Origin: a virus | Length of the DNA: 64,000 bases | IMG/VR virus record: IMGVR_UViG_3300022777_000128 | Strand: one strand, 5' to 3' | Notes under the pieces: model-generated | What the model saw: the letters and a program-made list of their open reading frames with translations, nothing else | Database searches by the model: none | What the model was told of the DNA's origin: nothing | Translations under genes and position numbers: made by a program | Shown here: positions 10,033 to 19,720 of the stretch, piece after piece | Layout of the letters: each line of letters starts with the position of its first letter | Position numbering within the stretch: position 1 is the stretch's first letter

Positions 10033-10473
10033 ATGCCTCGAACCGTCAACGCTCCCGCTTCTGACTGGCAAACCAATGGCCGCTCCCACGGGGGATTCCG
10101 CGGCCTTGGCCAGACCCTCCGTGACCGGATTCGCCAGGGCAACGTCCCCGATTCGATCCAGGAGATCATCGGTCCCATCGAGGAGAAAGACATCGACCTC
10201 GTGATCGACATCCTGGAGACGCTCAAGGGCGAGGGCACTCGCTTCGAGGACCTCACCCCGCAGGAGAAGCGCGCCTTCGCGCAGGCGTACTTGAACCGGA
10301 CCGGCGGGCGACGCGAGCGTCTTGGCGGAGGCGTGTTCGTTCTCGGCGCCCTTGCGGTGGTCGGCGGGCTCGTGTGGTGGCAGTCTACACAGGGGCGCAG
10401 GATGCAAGAGCCCCCAACGCCTCCTGGTCGGGAAAACCCCGATGGGGAGGACGCCGAGTCCGACGACACGTAA
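10033..10473 (+). CDS. Membrane-anchored protein with GLGQ motif
   Basis: RGLGQT near the N-terminus and TM GVFVLGALAVVGGLVWW. Confidence 0.7.
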   Translation: MPRTVNAPASDWQTNGRSHGGFRGLGQTLRDRIRQGNVPDSIQEIIGPIEEKDIDLVIDILETLKGEGTRFEDLTPQEKRAFAQAYLNRTGGRRERLGGGVFVLGALAVVGGLVWWQSTQGRRMQEPPTPPGRENPDGEDAESDDT

Positions 10474-10497
10474 GACCCGAACCAACCAACCGATCCG

Positions 10498-10782
10498 ATG
10501 GCACAGAGATGTGGATGCGGCTGTAACGGCCAGAAGAAACCCGCGCTTTCGAAAACTACGCGTGGGCTCGGTCGCGTGCGTCCTGGACTTTCCCGCGGCG
10601 GACTCTCCCAGTTCAACCGACAGGAGCCGTGGCTTACGATTGGCCCCCGGGGCGTTCAGCTTGCCGGGCGCAACTTCTCGTGGCAGACCGTCGGCGGTTT
10701 TGTGATGCAGGGTGCGCTCCTCTATCTTCTCTGGACGACGATCCGCAACGGGCAGATGGAGCCCCGAGCACATTCATCATAA
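10498..10782 (+). CDS. Small basic membrane protein
   Basis: CGCGC N-terminus, RGLG motif and C-terminal hydrophobic segment. Confidence 0.6.
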   Translation: MAQRCGCGCNGQKKPALSKTTRGLGRVRPGLSRGGLSQFNRQEPWLTIGPRGVQLAGRNFSWQTVGGFVMQGALLYLLWTTIRNGQMEPRAHSS

Positions 10783-10783
10783 C

Positions 10784-11152
10784 ATGAAAGAAAATGGCCC
10801 CACTTCGGCTATGAGTCTCTGGGATAAGTTCACTGGTTCGCGACCTCGACGGATTGCTTTCGTCCTCGCAGTCGGAGGGGCCATCTCTACGCTGCTTCTC
10901 GTCTTCTTTCTCCTCTACAGCGTAGAGCTTTCCGCGCTGGCCACGGTGTCTTGGCTTTCGTTTCTCTCGTTTGGTCTCTGGGCCGTCTTTGACTGGGCAA
11001 TCAAGGACATCAATACGATTGCGGCTCTCCAGCATCGGATCGTTGAGGTGGACGGGGAGAAGGTCGAGAAGCCCCCGAACGTCGCCTGGGCGATGGTCTT
11101 GGCCGGGTTTCTCATCATGCTGGGGCTCGCGATGATAGCCGGACACTCTTAA
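10784..11152 (+). CDS. Three-TM protein, holin candidate
   Basis: Three hydrophobic segments directly upstream of the endolysin. Confidence 0.45.
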   Translation: MKENGPTSAMSLWDKFTGSRPRRIAFVLAVGGAISTLLLVFFLLYSVELSALATVSWLSFLSFGLWAVFDWAIKDINTIAALQHRIVEVDGEKVEKPPNVAWAMVLAGFLIMLGLAMIAGHS

Positions 11153-11158
11153 TCCCCA

Positions 11159-12226
11159 GTGCCCATGAAGACTTTCTACGTAGGGTTTCTTTCTGCTTGC
11201 GTTGCTGCGATTCTCGGCGGGTTTGTTGGATACCTCTACGCTACCGGTAGCTTTTCCGGCGGAGAGCGGACGGCGAGTCCCGAGGCGCTCAAGCACACCT
11301 CCGATGAGTTTCGACTGGCGGCGCTCGCCGGTGGAGGGAAGGGCACGGAGTCGGACTTTCGCCCGACCCGACAGATCGGGCTCGTCGACGCGCAGTGGGC
11401 AGAGGGCCGCACCGGCATCTCTTCCCGGTCGGACACCACTGGCGCGGCGCTGGATACACTCCTGTCTTACGTTGGGACGACCGAGCGCGGCGATAACAGA
11501 GGCCCCGCCGTGGAGCGGTTTTTGGCTCACGTCGGACTCGGCCCCGGGTACGCATACTGCGCCGCAGCGGTCTCGTACTGCCTGGACGCGCCCCCGGACT
11601 CACTGTCTCCGATCATGACGCGGGTGCGCTCGGCAACGGCCCAGGACTTTGATACCGATATTTCGGTAGACGCCTCCGTGGCGATGAAGATGGGCCTCGT
11701 TCCGCAAGGGTGGATCCACGTTTACGTCAAAGGGCAAGGGCCTTACGGGCACAACGGCTTCGTGCGGCACTGGCGCGGAAAGTGCGGTCGCACCGTCGAG
11801 GCCAACACCTCGAAAGGGGCTTATGGCAACCAGCGCGACGGGCAAGGCATCTGGGAGCGCCGACGTTGCTACGACCCGCAGTCATACTTCCGCCTCGACG
11901 CATTCACCCCCGTGATCTACCCGCGGTACGATTTTTCACGAGGGGGCGGACAGGAGAAGGCCGATCATCTCCAGGTGGAGGCCATTCAATCCGCCGACGG
12001 TCTCCGGCGCACTTCCTTGGCACAACCTGTTGAATTGCCCTTTATGGCAGCGCCACAATGGAGATATGGGCCTTCGTTCAGCAAAACACAATCGCAATCA
12101 TCACGGCCATCGTCACGGCTGTGGGGGCGTACTTCGGGGCGCGGAGCTACTTCCTTGCCGAGCGGAAGAAGCAAGAAGAGGAAATCGGTCGTATCAAGCA
12201 GCTTCTCGTCGGGTCCAGTGAGGTAA
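11159..12226 (+). CDS. CHAP-family endolysin with N-terminal membrane anchor
   Basis: VGTTERGDNRGPAVERFL..YCAAAVSYC and GHNGFV..TVEANT give the CHAP Cys-His pair. N-terminal hydrophobic helix. Confidence 0.75.
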   Translation: MPMKTFYVGFLSACVAAILGGFVGYLYATGSFSGGERTASPEALKHTSDEFRLAALAGGGKGTESDFRPTRQIGLVDAQWAEGRTGISSRSDTTGAALDTLLSYVGTTERGDNRGPAVERFLAHVGLGPGYAYCAAAVSYCLDAPPDSLSPIMTRVRSATAQDFDTDISVDASVAMKMGLVPQGWIHVYVKGQGPYGHNGFVRHWRGKCGRTVEANTSKGAYGNQRDGQGIWERRRCYDPQSYFRLDAFTPVIYPRYDFSRGGGQEKADHLQVEAIQSADGLRRTSLAQPVELPFMAAPQWRYGPSFSKTQSQSSRPSSRLWGRTSGRGATSLPSGRSKKRKSVVSSSFSSGPVR

Positions 12227-12552
12227 GCGTCCAGAACCTCACCAATGTAATTGAGGCGCTTCGAAGCCGGGTCGATAGGTTAGAGGAGGACCGCACGCGG
12301 ATACAGAACCTCTTAGATGAGGAGCGAGAGCGTGCCCGCAACCTTGAGGAGGAAAAGTCGAAGCTCGTCGAGGAGGTCGCCGAGGGGCGGAACCGGATCG
12401 AGCGAATGCAGGAGGAGATTCGCAAACTCAAGCGCGACCTCAATGGTGCGCGGGAGGAGGTAGAGAACATGAAGGCGGGCGGGAAGACGGCCCTCTATGT
12501 GACCGAGGGGTATGACTGGGCAAGCCCGCCCTACCGAAAAGACAACTCGTAG
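12058..12552 (+). CDS. N-terminal TM plus coiled-coil protein (lysis accessory candidate)
   Basis: IAIITAIVTAVGAYF followed by a long E/R/K heptad region. Confidence 0.65.
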   Translation: MEIWAFVQQNTIAIITAIVTAVGAYFGARSYFLAERKKQEEEIGRIKQLLVGSSEVSVQNLTNVIEALRSRVDRLEEDRTRIQNLLDEERERARNLEEEKSKLVEEVAEGRNRIERMQEEIRKLKRDLNGAREEVENMKAGGKTALYVTEGYDWASPPYRKDNS

Positions 12553-12554
12553 CC

Positions 12555-13304
12555 ATGTCGTTCTTTGATTCATTTTTCGGGGCGGTGGGATCCGGTCTCG
12601 GGCGAGCCGTGGCCTATGTGCTTATCGGCGCGATTCTCATAGGCAGCGGATACGCTCTGTACCGGTACTGGGCGCCGGGGCCAGAGACCGACCCGCAGGA
12701 TGTGACCGAGGTGGAGCCCGGGTTGCCCCCGATCTTCGACGAGTCGAGTGTCGTGCGACCGGACTCGACTGGAGAGTGGATCATCGAGACCGTGCCGGGG
12801 GACTTTGACGCGACGCTAACCATCGACCTTCCGGATTCGGACTCTACGGAAAACGAACAGGAATATGTGTCCATCGGTCTTCGGGAGGGTGCCGAGCAGT
12901 TCTTCCCCGAGCTTCCCGGCCAACGGAAGCTCCCCCTCGACGCGGTAGTGATTGGCGGCTATGGAAAAGAGAACGTGCGGATCAAGGCGCAGCCCCAGCC
13001 GATTATTGCCTTTGACCTCCAGGCCGAGGTTGGGCTTTCGCTCTTTGCATCCGACGCCAGAACCGGCGCCGCCGTTGGCGTGACTGGCGCCCGATTCTTT
13101 GGGGTCCGTCTTGGCGGATTCCTTGCCGCGGATCCGCGAGGCGAGGCCGACCGGATCAACATCCAAGTTGGCGCCGGTCCTTACGCGAGTCTTCGCGTGT
13201 ACGGCCCGTTCGGGATTGGGGTCGGAAAGGACTTAACGAGCGCCCCGCTGACCAACTTGGAGGGGGTCACGTTCACGATCACCGCGGATCTGCCGCTTCC
13301 GTAA
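12555..13304 (+). CDS. TM protein with C-terminal amphipathic beta-strands (spanin-like candidate)
   Basis: N-terminal TM, acidic linker, Gly/aromatic alternating strands at the C-terminus. Confidence 0.5.
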   Translation: MSFFDSFFGAVGSGLGRAVAYVLIGAILIGSGYALYRYWAPGPETDPQDVTEVEPGLPPIFDESSVVRPDSTGEWIIETVPGDFDATLTIDLPDSDSTENEQEYVSIGLREGAEQFFPELPGQRKLPLDAVVIGGYGKENVRIKAQPQPIIAFDLQAEVGLSLFASDARTGAAVGVTGARFFGVRLGGFLAADPRGEADRINIQVGAGPYASLRVYGPFGIGVGKDLTSAPLTNLEGVTFTITADLPLP

Positions 13305-13343
13305 CACCTCACACGCGAGACGCTCACTACTGACAACAACGCC

Positions 13344-14060
13344 GTGGCCCAGCCGACCGAGCGCGAAATCGACTCTACTGCCTTTTCTGCCCTCGTCGAA
13401 ATGACCGGAGGGGTGACCTGGACAGAGATTCCAGCCGACATACGTGAACAGTACAAGTTTCGTCGGCGGACCAATCTGCCCGGAGCCGAGAAATTCGGCA
13501 CGCCCGTACAGGTAAAGGTTTCTGCCACGCCCCCCGACGGCGGACCCCGCTTCACGAATTGGATCTGGAGCCCGGAGTTTCCGGCGGCACGCAAACAGCA
13601 AAACGGTCTGCTCATTCCTTGGGGCGCCCAGGAAGAGCGCCCGCCTTCCTACGCCGAGGCGCTCCCGGCGGCCCCTCCGCTCACGCTCCCAACCGGGGAG
13701 ATCAACATTCCCGACGGCGGGTCGGTACAGCCGCCCCCACCGCCAGACGAGCCGACTTCCGGAAGTGGCACCAGCGACGGCGGCTCCGACGACGGCTTCG
13801 AAGTCGGGGAGGCCATCGCGGCCTTCGCCAACGGGATCTTCGAGCAGCGCCGCCGCAGCGGCTCTCGATTGCCCACGAGACCGCAGACGCCAGTTCGCTC
13901 CGCAGGAATCGGGTCGACGCTCGGGATCATCGCGCTTGTCGGCGGCGTGGGCCTTGCGGCCTACCTCCTCACGTCGAGCGCTACCAGACCGGCCCCGCCG
14001 CCCCGCCGGGCGCTCCCACGGGAGAACGAGAAGAGCGAAGACGAGGAGGAAGACTACTAA
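13344..14060 (+). CDS. Pro-rich membrane-anchored protein
   Basis: PPPPP linker and TM IGSTLGIIALVGGVGLAAYLL. Confidence 0.7.
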   Translation: MAQPTEREIDSTAFSALVEMTGGVTWTEIPADIREQYKFRRRTNLPGAEKFGTPVQVKVSATPPDGGPRFTNWIWSPEFPAARKQQNGLLIPWGAQEERPPSYAEALPAAPPLTLPTGEINIPDGGSVQPPPPPDEPTSGSGTSDGGSDDGFEVGEAIAAFANGIFEQRRRSGSRLPTRPQTPVRSAGIGSTLGIIALVGGVGLAAYLLTSSATRPAPPPRRALPRENEKSEDEEEDY

Positions 14061-14084
14061 CCCCCATCCACTCCAACCACTGAC

Positions 14085-14978
14085 ATGAACCGATACTCAA
14101 GCGCTCGTTCTAACCCTCAAGTGCTTGCCCGCGGACGCCCGCCAAGGAGTCTCCAGAACGGGATGTCCGGCCCGACCGCTCCAGTTGGGGGCCAAGGCAC
14201 CGGGCGTGCCAACCCCGCGCCGACATCGGGATTGGGCTCTACCAGCGGGCTTGGGGCGCCGATCAAGCAAACCGGCTCCATGACGCTCATGGCGACCGGG
14301 GCGTCATTCCCCTCCTCGGGGCGCGTCCTGGTAGACATGGAGGCGGACGTGTCCCCGACAATTACGACGGCGTGCTGGTCGTTCTACGCCGCGCTGGTGG
14401 GGTATCCCGGCGAGCAGCTTATCGACACGCACTTAGAGCCGATTACCTACGGGACCTGCTACCACCGGTGGCAGTTCGCAGGGGACCTTCCCTCCAATGT
14501 CGAGGAGGCGGAGGTGTGGATCTGGTGGGCCGACGATATTCGAGGCTGGTTCCAGGCGCCGCCCGCCTTCGAGCAAGGAGTTGGCACGGAAAACCTCAAC
14601 GAACCGCCCCCAGCGTTCCGTTCAGACCGGTTCCCACTTCTCACGACCGAGGAAGGCCGGGAACGAGGCGTCTTTGAGGAGGAAACCGAGCCGACGGTTG
14701 GTGCAGTGGCAGACTTCGGGGTGGAGTTCGGCAGCGCGCTCAAGGATACGCTCATCACCGCAGCAATCATCGCGGGCGGCGGGGCGCTTCTTTGGTACGG
14801 AGCGCCGATCATTACCGCCTCCGCAGAAGAGGCCGCCGAGTCGATTCGGGCGGAGGACGACCAGGACGCGCTCCCCGAGCCCGAGGAAGAGGCCGCCGAC
14901 GAAGAAGAGGGCCGCTCGAACCCGCCAGAGAAGAAACCCCCCTCCGCAGAGAAGATTCTGGCAGAGAACAGGTCCTAA
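14085..14978 (+). CDS. Membrane-anchored putative virion protein
   Basis: GLG motifs in the N-terminal region, TM near the C-terminus, acidic tail. Confidence 0.7.
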   Translation: MNRYSSARSNPQVLARGRPPRSLQNGMSGPTAPVGGQGTGRANPAPTSGLGSTSGLGAPIKQTGSMTLMATGASFPSSGRVLVDMEADVSPTITTACWSFYAALVGYPGEQLIDTHLEPITYGTCYHRWQFAGDLPSNVEEAEVWIWWADDIRGWFQAPPAFEQGVGTENLNEPPPAFRSDRFPLLTTEEGRERGVFEEETEPTVGAVADFGVEFGSALKDTLITAAIIAGGGALLWYGAPIITASAEEAAESIRAEDDQDALPEPEEEAADEEEGRSNPPEKKPPSAEKILAENRS

Positions 14979-15046
14979 TACGCTGCCCAGAGCGCCACGC
15001 TCGCCCCTCACAGACGTTTCTTCCGAACACACCCCAACGTACCGCT

Positions 15047-15307
15047 ATGCCCCGTATTCGCACAGAGAAGCCCCAAGGCGCTCTCACGAGCGAGGATGAG
15101 AAAGAGCCGAACAACCTCATTCCGGCCAATGCAGGGCTCGGTCGCGGGACTCCCGCCCGCCGACGGAGCGGCGGGCTGGCGCAGGAAAATGGATCCGCAA
15201 GTGTATTCTCACAGATCCAGTCCCACTACCAAGCCAACAGCCGCGTCTACAATCTTACCGGCGCAGCCGTCGCCGGATTTGTGCTCGGGATGCTCGTAAG
15301 CAACTAA
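15047..15307 (+). CDS. Small membrane protein
   Basis: ATG 15047, AGLG motif and C-terminal TM. Confidence 0.6.
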   Translation: MPRIRTEKPQGALTSEDEKEPNNLIPANAGLGRGTPARRRSGGLAQENGSASVFSQIQSHYQANSRVYNLTGAAVAGFVLGMLVSN

Positions 15308-15322
15308 CAGCACGGAGGTGCT

Positions 15323-15778
15323 ATGTCCAGGACCGAGATCCAGAAGCACGCCGCCTTCATCTTTCTGCTCGTGCTGTTTCTGTTGTGCGCCTGCTCGCCA
15401 GCGGCGAGCGGGCAACCTCGGAGCCTGGAGGGGACGTGGGTAGCGGTCGACTCTACGGAAGCGCCGACGCTCTTCGTCGTTGACCGACTTGTCTACCGCG
15501 TTGAAAAGGGCGGGGGCAGTTGTGTGATGCGGCCCACCAAGGTTCGGTGGCAAAGCCGAGCGGCGCTATCGGTCGAGGGCGACACGTCTCGGGGACGACG
15601 AGAGAAGTGGCGGTTCCAGCTAACGACCGACGGGGATACGGCCATCGTTCGACACAATTTTGATCCGATCCTCTACCGCCGCGACCGCTCGCAGAACCCG
15701 ACCGAGCGGTGCATGATCGACCGCGCCGAGCCGGAAGAGCGGTTCTCTGACAGTATTCCCACTGACAGCATCCCTTGA
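15323..15778 (+). CDS. Putative lipoprotein
   Basis: Signal peptide with lipobox-like LLCA-C. Confidence 0.55.
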   Translation: MSRTEIQKHAAFIFLLVLFLLCACSPAASGQPRSLEGTWVAVDSTEAPTLFVVDRLVYRVEKGGGSCVMRPTKVRWQSRAALSVEGDTSRGRREKWRFQLTTDGDTAIVRHNFDPILYRRDRSQNPTERCMIDRAEPEERFSDSIPTDSIP

Positions 15779-15783
15779 GTCGC

Positions 15784-16683
15784 CTACTCCGGTTGCTTCG
15801 TGACCGGAATTGTCGACCGAGAACGGAGGTCGCCGAGGTGCTTTTCGGCAGTCTCGTCTGGAGAGTCAATCACAGAGATGGCCGTGATCGGAAGCGAGAA
15901 GACGATCCCGGACTCGAACGCCGCGTCGACTGGCCCGTGCTCCTCATCCGTCTTTGACAGCGGGCCGCCGTGAGTTCGGAAGCCAGTATCCCCAATGGTG
16001 CGCGTGCCTTGTCGAATAAATCGCGTGCCTCCCTGGTTCACTCCATAGGGGAAGTTGAGTCCGCCAACATGCTCCGGGGACTGTAGGTCGGCGTTTTCGC
16101 GCTCCCGCTCTTTCTCCGGGGAAGACCGGTCCACCGGTCGCTCCCACCCTGCATCGATCCACCAGAAGCGCGTGCAGGCCGGATGCTTCTCCAGGCCGCA
16201 GTCGAAGTGGCTCGTGTCGGTCCCTCGGGACTTTCGGTAGAGCATACACCGCTGCCGGTAAGACGGCATTCCCTGTAGTCCAAGGCGGCTCTCGACTTTC
16301 GCGAGCGAGCCAGCGGCCCACGGATAGGCCCGCGGGTGGACGAGAATCATCCGAGAGTCTGGGCCGAGTAGCTCGAACTCCTGGTTGGGGCTCGCCCGCC
16401 GGGAGGCCCCGTGACGGCGAACCTCCTCAAAGATGTCGGCGGCGGTGGGATAGTGGTTCGCGCCAACGTGATCGAAGAGATGATACGTCCCGTTCCGTTG
16501 GCGAACCTCTTGCCCTCGGTGCGTGTCAAGCTCGAACGCGGTCACCGGGTCGACCATGAAGTTAGAGATGTCGATCCCCTTGTCCGAGAGGCCGCATTCA
16601 ACGTAGATGCCCCCGGACTCTCGGGATCCACAGCCTCTTTCGACGCCTCCGGTTGCAGTTGCAGGCATAGGTCCTCGGCTCAT
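15784..16683 (-). CDS. Hypothetical protein
   Basis: 299 aa with a globular-looking core FDHVGANHYP..FEEVRRHGASRR..SRMILVHPRA. Confidence 0.65.
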   Translation of the reverse strand: MSRGPMPATATGGVERGCGSRESGGIYVECGLSDKGIDISNFMVDPVTAFELDTHRGQEVRQRNGTYHLFDHVGANHYPTAADIFEEVRRHGASRRASPNQEFELLGPDSRMILVHPRAYPWAAGSLAKVESRLGLQGMPSYRQRCMLYRKSRGTDTSHFDCGLEKHPACTRFWWIDAGWERPVDRSSPEKERERENADLQSPEHVGGLNFPYGVNQGGTRFIRQGTRTIGDTGFRTHGGPLSKTDEEHGPVDAAFESGIVFSLPITAISVIDSPDETAEKHLGDLRSRSTIPVTKQPE

Positions 16684-16923
16684 TTATGATTGGTCTTTTG
16701 AGGCCCCATTTTCCAGGGCAGATGTCCAGTCTTTCTCTGCGAGATTGATACTCGCAATCTCCTCCCTCACTCCAAAACCGACGCCCACCCAGAGAACGGT
16801 GAGGCCAATCTTCCCGAGCCACAACGGCTCGCAGTGCTCAATGTGGAGCGTCACGGCGATAGCCAGAAAAAGCCCGACCATCAGTAGTATGCGGTCCAGG
16901 GTCCAGCGCTCTTCGGGTCGCAT
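16684..16923 (-). CDS. Small two-TM protein
   Basis: Two hydrophobic segments. Abuts the next ORF. Confidence 0.5.
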   Translation of the reverse strand: MRPEERWTLDRILLMVGLFLAIAVTLHIEHCEPLWLGKIGLTVLWVGVGFGVREEIASINLAEKDWTSALENGASKDQS

Positions 16924-16948
16924 GGGCCGTTCGGGTCAGTCCTTGCGG

Positions 16949-17179
16949 TTACTCAATCTGGTCAATCTGGCGGAGCTTGGCCCAGTCTGTCTTCGCGGCA
17001 GAGCGAGCATCTCTTTTCGGCCCTCTCGTTCCACAGCCGCGGCACCGGCACTGGTATCGAGCCGGATTGTTGTTCGGCAGCTTCACCAAAGTCGATGCGT
17101 GGAGCTTCGGGTGCGGGTCTTCGATAAAACTGGCTCCACAAGTCGGGCAGGCGAGGTCGTCCTCATCATAATTGGCCAT
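16949..17179 (-). CDS. Lar-like (restriction alleviation family) zinc-finger protein
   Basis: CPTCG..CRGCGTRGP..AKTDW pattern. Confidence 0.45.
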   Translation of the reverse strand: MANYDEDDLACPTCGASFIEDPHPKLHASTLVKLPNNNPARYQCRCRGCGTRGPKRDARSAAKTDWAKLRQIDQIE

Positions 17180-17206
17180 GACAGCGCTTAAATTAAGTGG
17201 GGTGAA

Positions 17207-18148
17207 CTATTCGCGGTGCTCCTCAAGGGTATCGTGAGCTTTACGGAGGATGGCCGCCTCGGAGAAACCTTCATCTCGTGCAGCGGAGACTGCGGCCCCG
17301 ACGGCAGAGAGCGGGTTGGTGGTTTCCCCGACCTCCCCAGTGTCAAGCTCGAAATCGGTGTGCTCGACGGTCGACCCCTCCGAGATGGACCCGTCTCCGC
17401 CGGAGTTTCCAGCAAGCTCTTCTGCGCCGGGAGCGTCCTCAAAAAGCTGGGTGTCCAGGTCCTCCGCCTCGGCCTGTTTGTACTCTTGGCGAATGCGGGT
17501 AATGTCCTTGTGGCGGAGCTTCCCGTGCTCGCGGTAGTGCTCTGCGCAGCGGCTTTGCATAGCGGCCTCCATGTTGCCCACCTTGCGGGCGGCCCCGACG
17601 GAGATGTCCCCCTCTCGAACACCGTCGATGATGTTATCTGGGGCGAAGGCAAGCCGCAGGGCTTTCTTCTGGCGCTGTTTTGGAATGCCGTAGGCGACCA
17701 GATCCTCCTCGGAGTGTCCGTTCTCCCGCAGGGTGTAGATTTCAATCGCCTCTCGCAAGGGGTTCGGGTCGCGGGCGATGTTTTCCGCCAATGCGATAAT
17801 CGGGGCGTATCTCTTCGCATCCTCCGGAAGAATAATTGCGGGGATTGCCTCGATGCTGCTCTCTTTTGCGCGGCTTACGCGCCTTTCTCCCGCGACGACC
17901 TTGTACTGAGCCCCGTCCTCTTCTGCCGCTTCCGGCCCAAGGACTCGAAGGGTGACCGATGTGAAGAACGGTAGCTTTTCCAGAGACTTGCGCAGCCGGG
18001 AGTCCGGGCCGCTGGCCTCCGGGACCCGAATCGCGTCTACTGGCACGCGCTCCAGGGCCAGTTCTTCATCTCCGGGATCGATGTCGAGGGTAAGCTGGGG
18101 CCGTTCCTGGCCAGAGCCCTCGCTTTGGGTAGCGTGAGTCTCGGTCAT
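17207..18148 (-). CDS. parB: ParB/Srx-like protein
   Basis: YKVVAGERRVSRAK..IPAII..ALAENIARDPNP is the ParB N-terminal signature, followed by a helical domain. Confidence 0.8.
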   Translation of the reverse strand: MTETHATQSEGSGQERPQLTLDIDPGDEELALERVPVDAIRVPEASGPDSRLRKSLEKLPFFTSVTLRVLGPEAAEEDGAQYKVVAGERRVSRAKESSIEAIPAIILPEDAKRYAPIIALAENIARDPNPLREAIEIYTLRENGHSEEDLVAYGIPKQRQKKALRLAFAPDNIIDGVREGDISVGAARKVGNMEAAMQSRCAEHYREHGKLRHKDITRIRQEYKQAEAEDLDTQLFEDAPGAEELAGNSGGDGSISEGSTVEHTDFELDTGEVGETTNPLSAVGAAVSAARDEGFSEAAILRKAHDTLEEHRE

Positions 18149-18181
18149 AACGGAGGGGGTGTTTGGTCAAATAGTGTAAGT

Positions 18182-18200
18182 ATTATAACGCTTACAATAC
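18182..18200 (-). promoter_or_regulatory. Promoter motif GTATTGTAAGCGTTATAAT
   Basis: TATAAT about 35 nt upstream of the parB start. Overlaps a TGTAAG/CTTACA inverted repeat. Confidence 0.55.
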
Positions 18201-18236
18201 CGGACGTTTCGAGTTCGGGTAAAAAAAGGGGAAGCG

Positions 18237-19028
18237 CTACAGTTGGCCACGCTCTTTCTGGGCCTTTTTCGCCAGCTTGAAGAGCTTCTTTTGGCGGTTT
18301 TTGGTTTCCCTCTCGTCGAGTGGTGGTGCTTTCGTGAGCCCCTCGATCACGCCCCTCCGGAAGGCCCGGTAAAGCTCCTCGACATGCTCGAACCGAGAGG
18401 GTTGGTTGAGGATCTCCATCGGGGTTTCTCGGGGCATAAGACAGTTCCCGATTCCTTCGCACTCGGGCTCTGCATGAAGGGTAACGAACCGCGCGACGGC
18501 TCTGTGCATCTTCCGTGTCCGCCGGTACACCTTCACCTCCGAGAGAAGCCAGCGCTCTTGGGCGTTCATGTTTTCCTTCACTTTCTCGCGGCGCTCACGC
18601 TTCTTTTTGCGCCGGAGCATCGCCTTTCGGCGCTTGCGCTCGGCCTTGATGGCGGCAATACGCTCGCGGACGATATTCCACTGCTTGACCCGGAGGGCCG
18701 CGTCTGGCGCACGTTGCTCCTGCTCGATGTGCCTCTGCTCGGGGGATTTCCCGTCCAGTTTCTCTTCTTCGAGCCCCAGCGCCTTAACGGCCTCGGGGAA
18801 GCTCATGTCGTGGTACTCCCGCAGAAACTCTATCGCGTCGCCGGTCTTACCGCACCCGTTCCCGGGGTTTTGGAAGCAGTGGTATCCCCCTCTGTTATAC
18901 TTCCCGTCGTCGACGAAAACGACGAACCGGTCCTCCCCCCCGCACCAGGGGCAAGGTCCAGAGACCCGCTTGTTGTGACTCGTAGACGGGAATCCCGGTA
19001 CGTAATCGAGGAGATGGTCCTTAGCCAC
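18237..19028 (-). CDS. Primase-type zinc-binding domain fused to a helical domain
   Basis: GPCPWCGGEDRF..YHCF..GCGKTGDAIEFL..MSFPEAVKALG. No TOPRIM domain. Likely GTG start at 19028. Confidence 0.7.
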   Translation of the reverse strand: MAKDHLLDYVPGFPSTSHNKRVSGPCPWCGGEDRFVVFVDDGKYNRGGYHCFQNPGNGCGKTGDAIEFLREYHDMSFPEAVKALGLEEEKLDGKSPEQRHIEQEQRAPDAALRVKQWNIVRERIAAIKAERKRRKAMLRRKKKRERREKVKENMNAQERWLLSEVKVYRRTRKMHRAVARFVTLHAEPECEGIGNCLMPRETPMEILNQPSRFEHVEELYRAFRRGVIEGLTKAPPLDERETKNRQKKLFKLAKKAQKERGQL

Positions 19029-19074
19029 GAGAGAGATGCTGCCATTCGAGAGGGCCGAGTGCTTCGAGGGCTGC

Positions 19075-19440
19075 CTACCCGAACAGCGTGCGCTGCGGCT
19101 TGGACGAGGGATCGTACTCCGCCTCAAAAGCCTCCTTGAGCGTCCGCGCTTTCTTCTCGATGCCTCGGATGCGAGCGTTGTAGTCGTCGAGGCAGTTCTG
19201 TAGCTCCTCTCGCGTAGTGATGAAGAAAAACCCGTCGTTGCAAGAGCCGATGGGCTTTTCCCACTCCCCGATGAGGGTCCGTTTGATTGTCTTCCGGACA
19301 CCTGGGAAGGTGGAGTCGGTTGAGTTGATCCCTGCACGGCGGGCGATTTCCGCCGCCGTTCGGGCATTCTCTCGGCCTTTCGGGATGTGGTTTAGAATCT
19401 CTCGGGCTTCTGGATTGGATTCATCGTCGGGGTAGCTCAT
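19075..19440 (-). CDS. Winged-HTH protein with C-terminal QRTLF motif
   Basis: EIARRAG..VRKTIK..PIGSCNDGFFFI. Paralog of 35316-35702. Confidence 0.65.
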   Translation of the reverse strand: MSYPDDESNPEAREILNHIPKGRENARTAAEIARRAGINSTDSTFPGVRKTIKRTLIGEWEKPIGSCNDGFFFITTREELQNCLDDYNARIRGIEKKARTLKEAFEAEYDPSSKPQRTLFG

Positions 19441-19510
19441 GGCTCTGGGCTCGAAGTACGAAAGAATCGGAACGGTGGCGGCGCCCTTCCTGGGGCGCCG
19501 CTCTCTTCGC

Positions 19511-19720
19511 TCACCCGACCTGGAGGTACTCCCGCAGGTCGACGGTCTCGTGGTAGCTACACGCCGGGCAGTCGATGGAGACGTTCCCCCTCCATTGGTC
19601 CTGGTCCACCCACCCGGCGTGCCCACATCGGCAACGGACATAGGCCGTCTGCGTCTCGCTGTCTGGAAACAGGTAGCTCTCTGCTACCAGCGTTGGATGC
19701 TCGGGCTTCTGGTCAGTCAT
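19511..19720 (-). CDS. Small zinc-ribbon protein
   Basis: CRCG and CPACS pairs. Confidence 0.55.
   Translation of the reverse strand: MTDQKPEHPTLVAESYLFPDSETQTAYVRCRCGHAGWVDQDQWRGNVSIDCPACSYHETVDLREYLQVG

Noticed and set aside
12058-12226. Functional overprinting of the endolysin C-terminus and the next gene
   Set aside because: The overlapping tail is Ser/Arg-rich and looks like read-through of a shadow frame. There is no evidence that it is functional.
1-15778. Packaging ATPase or terminase in the structural block
   Set aside because: No Walker A/B motifs were recognised in any ORF here. The gene may lie outside the window.
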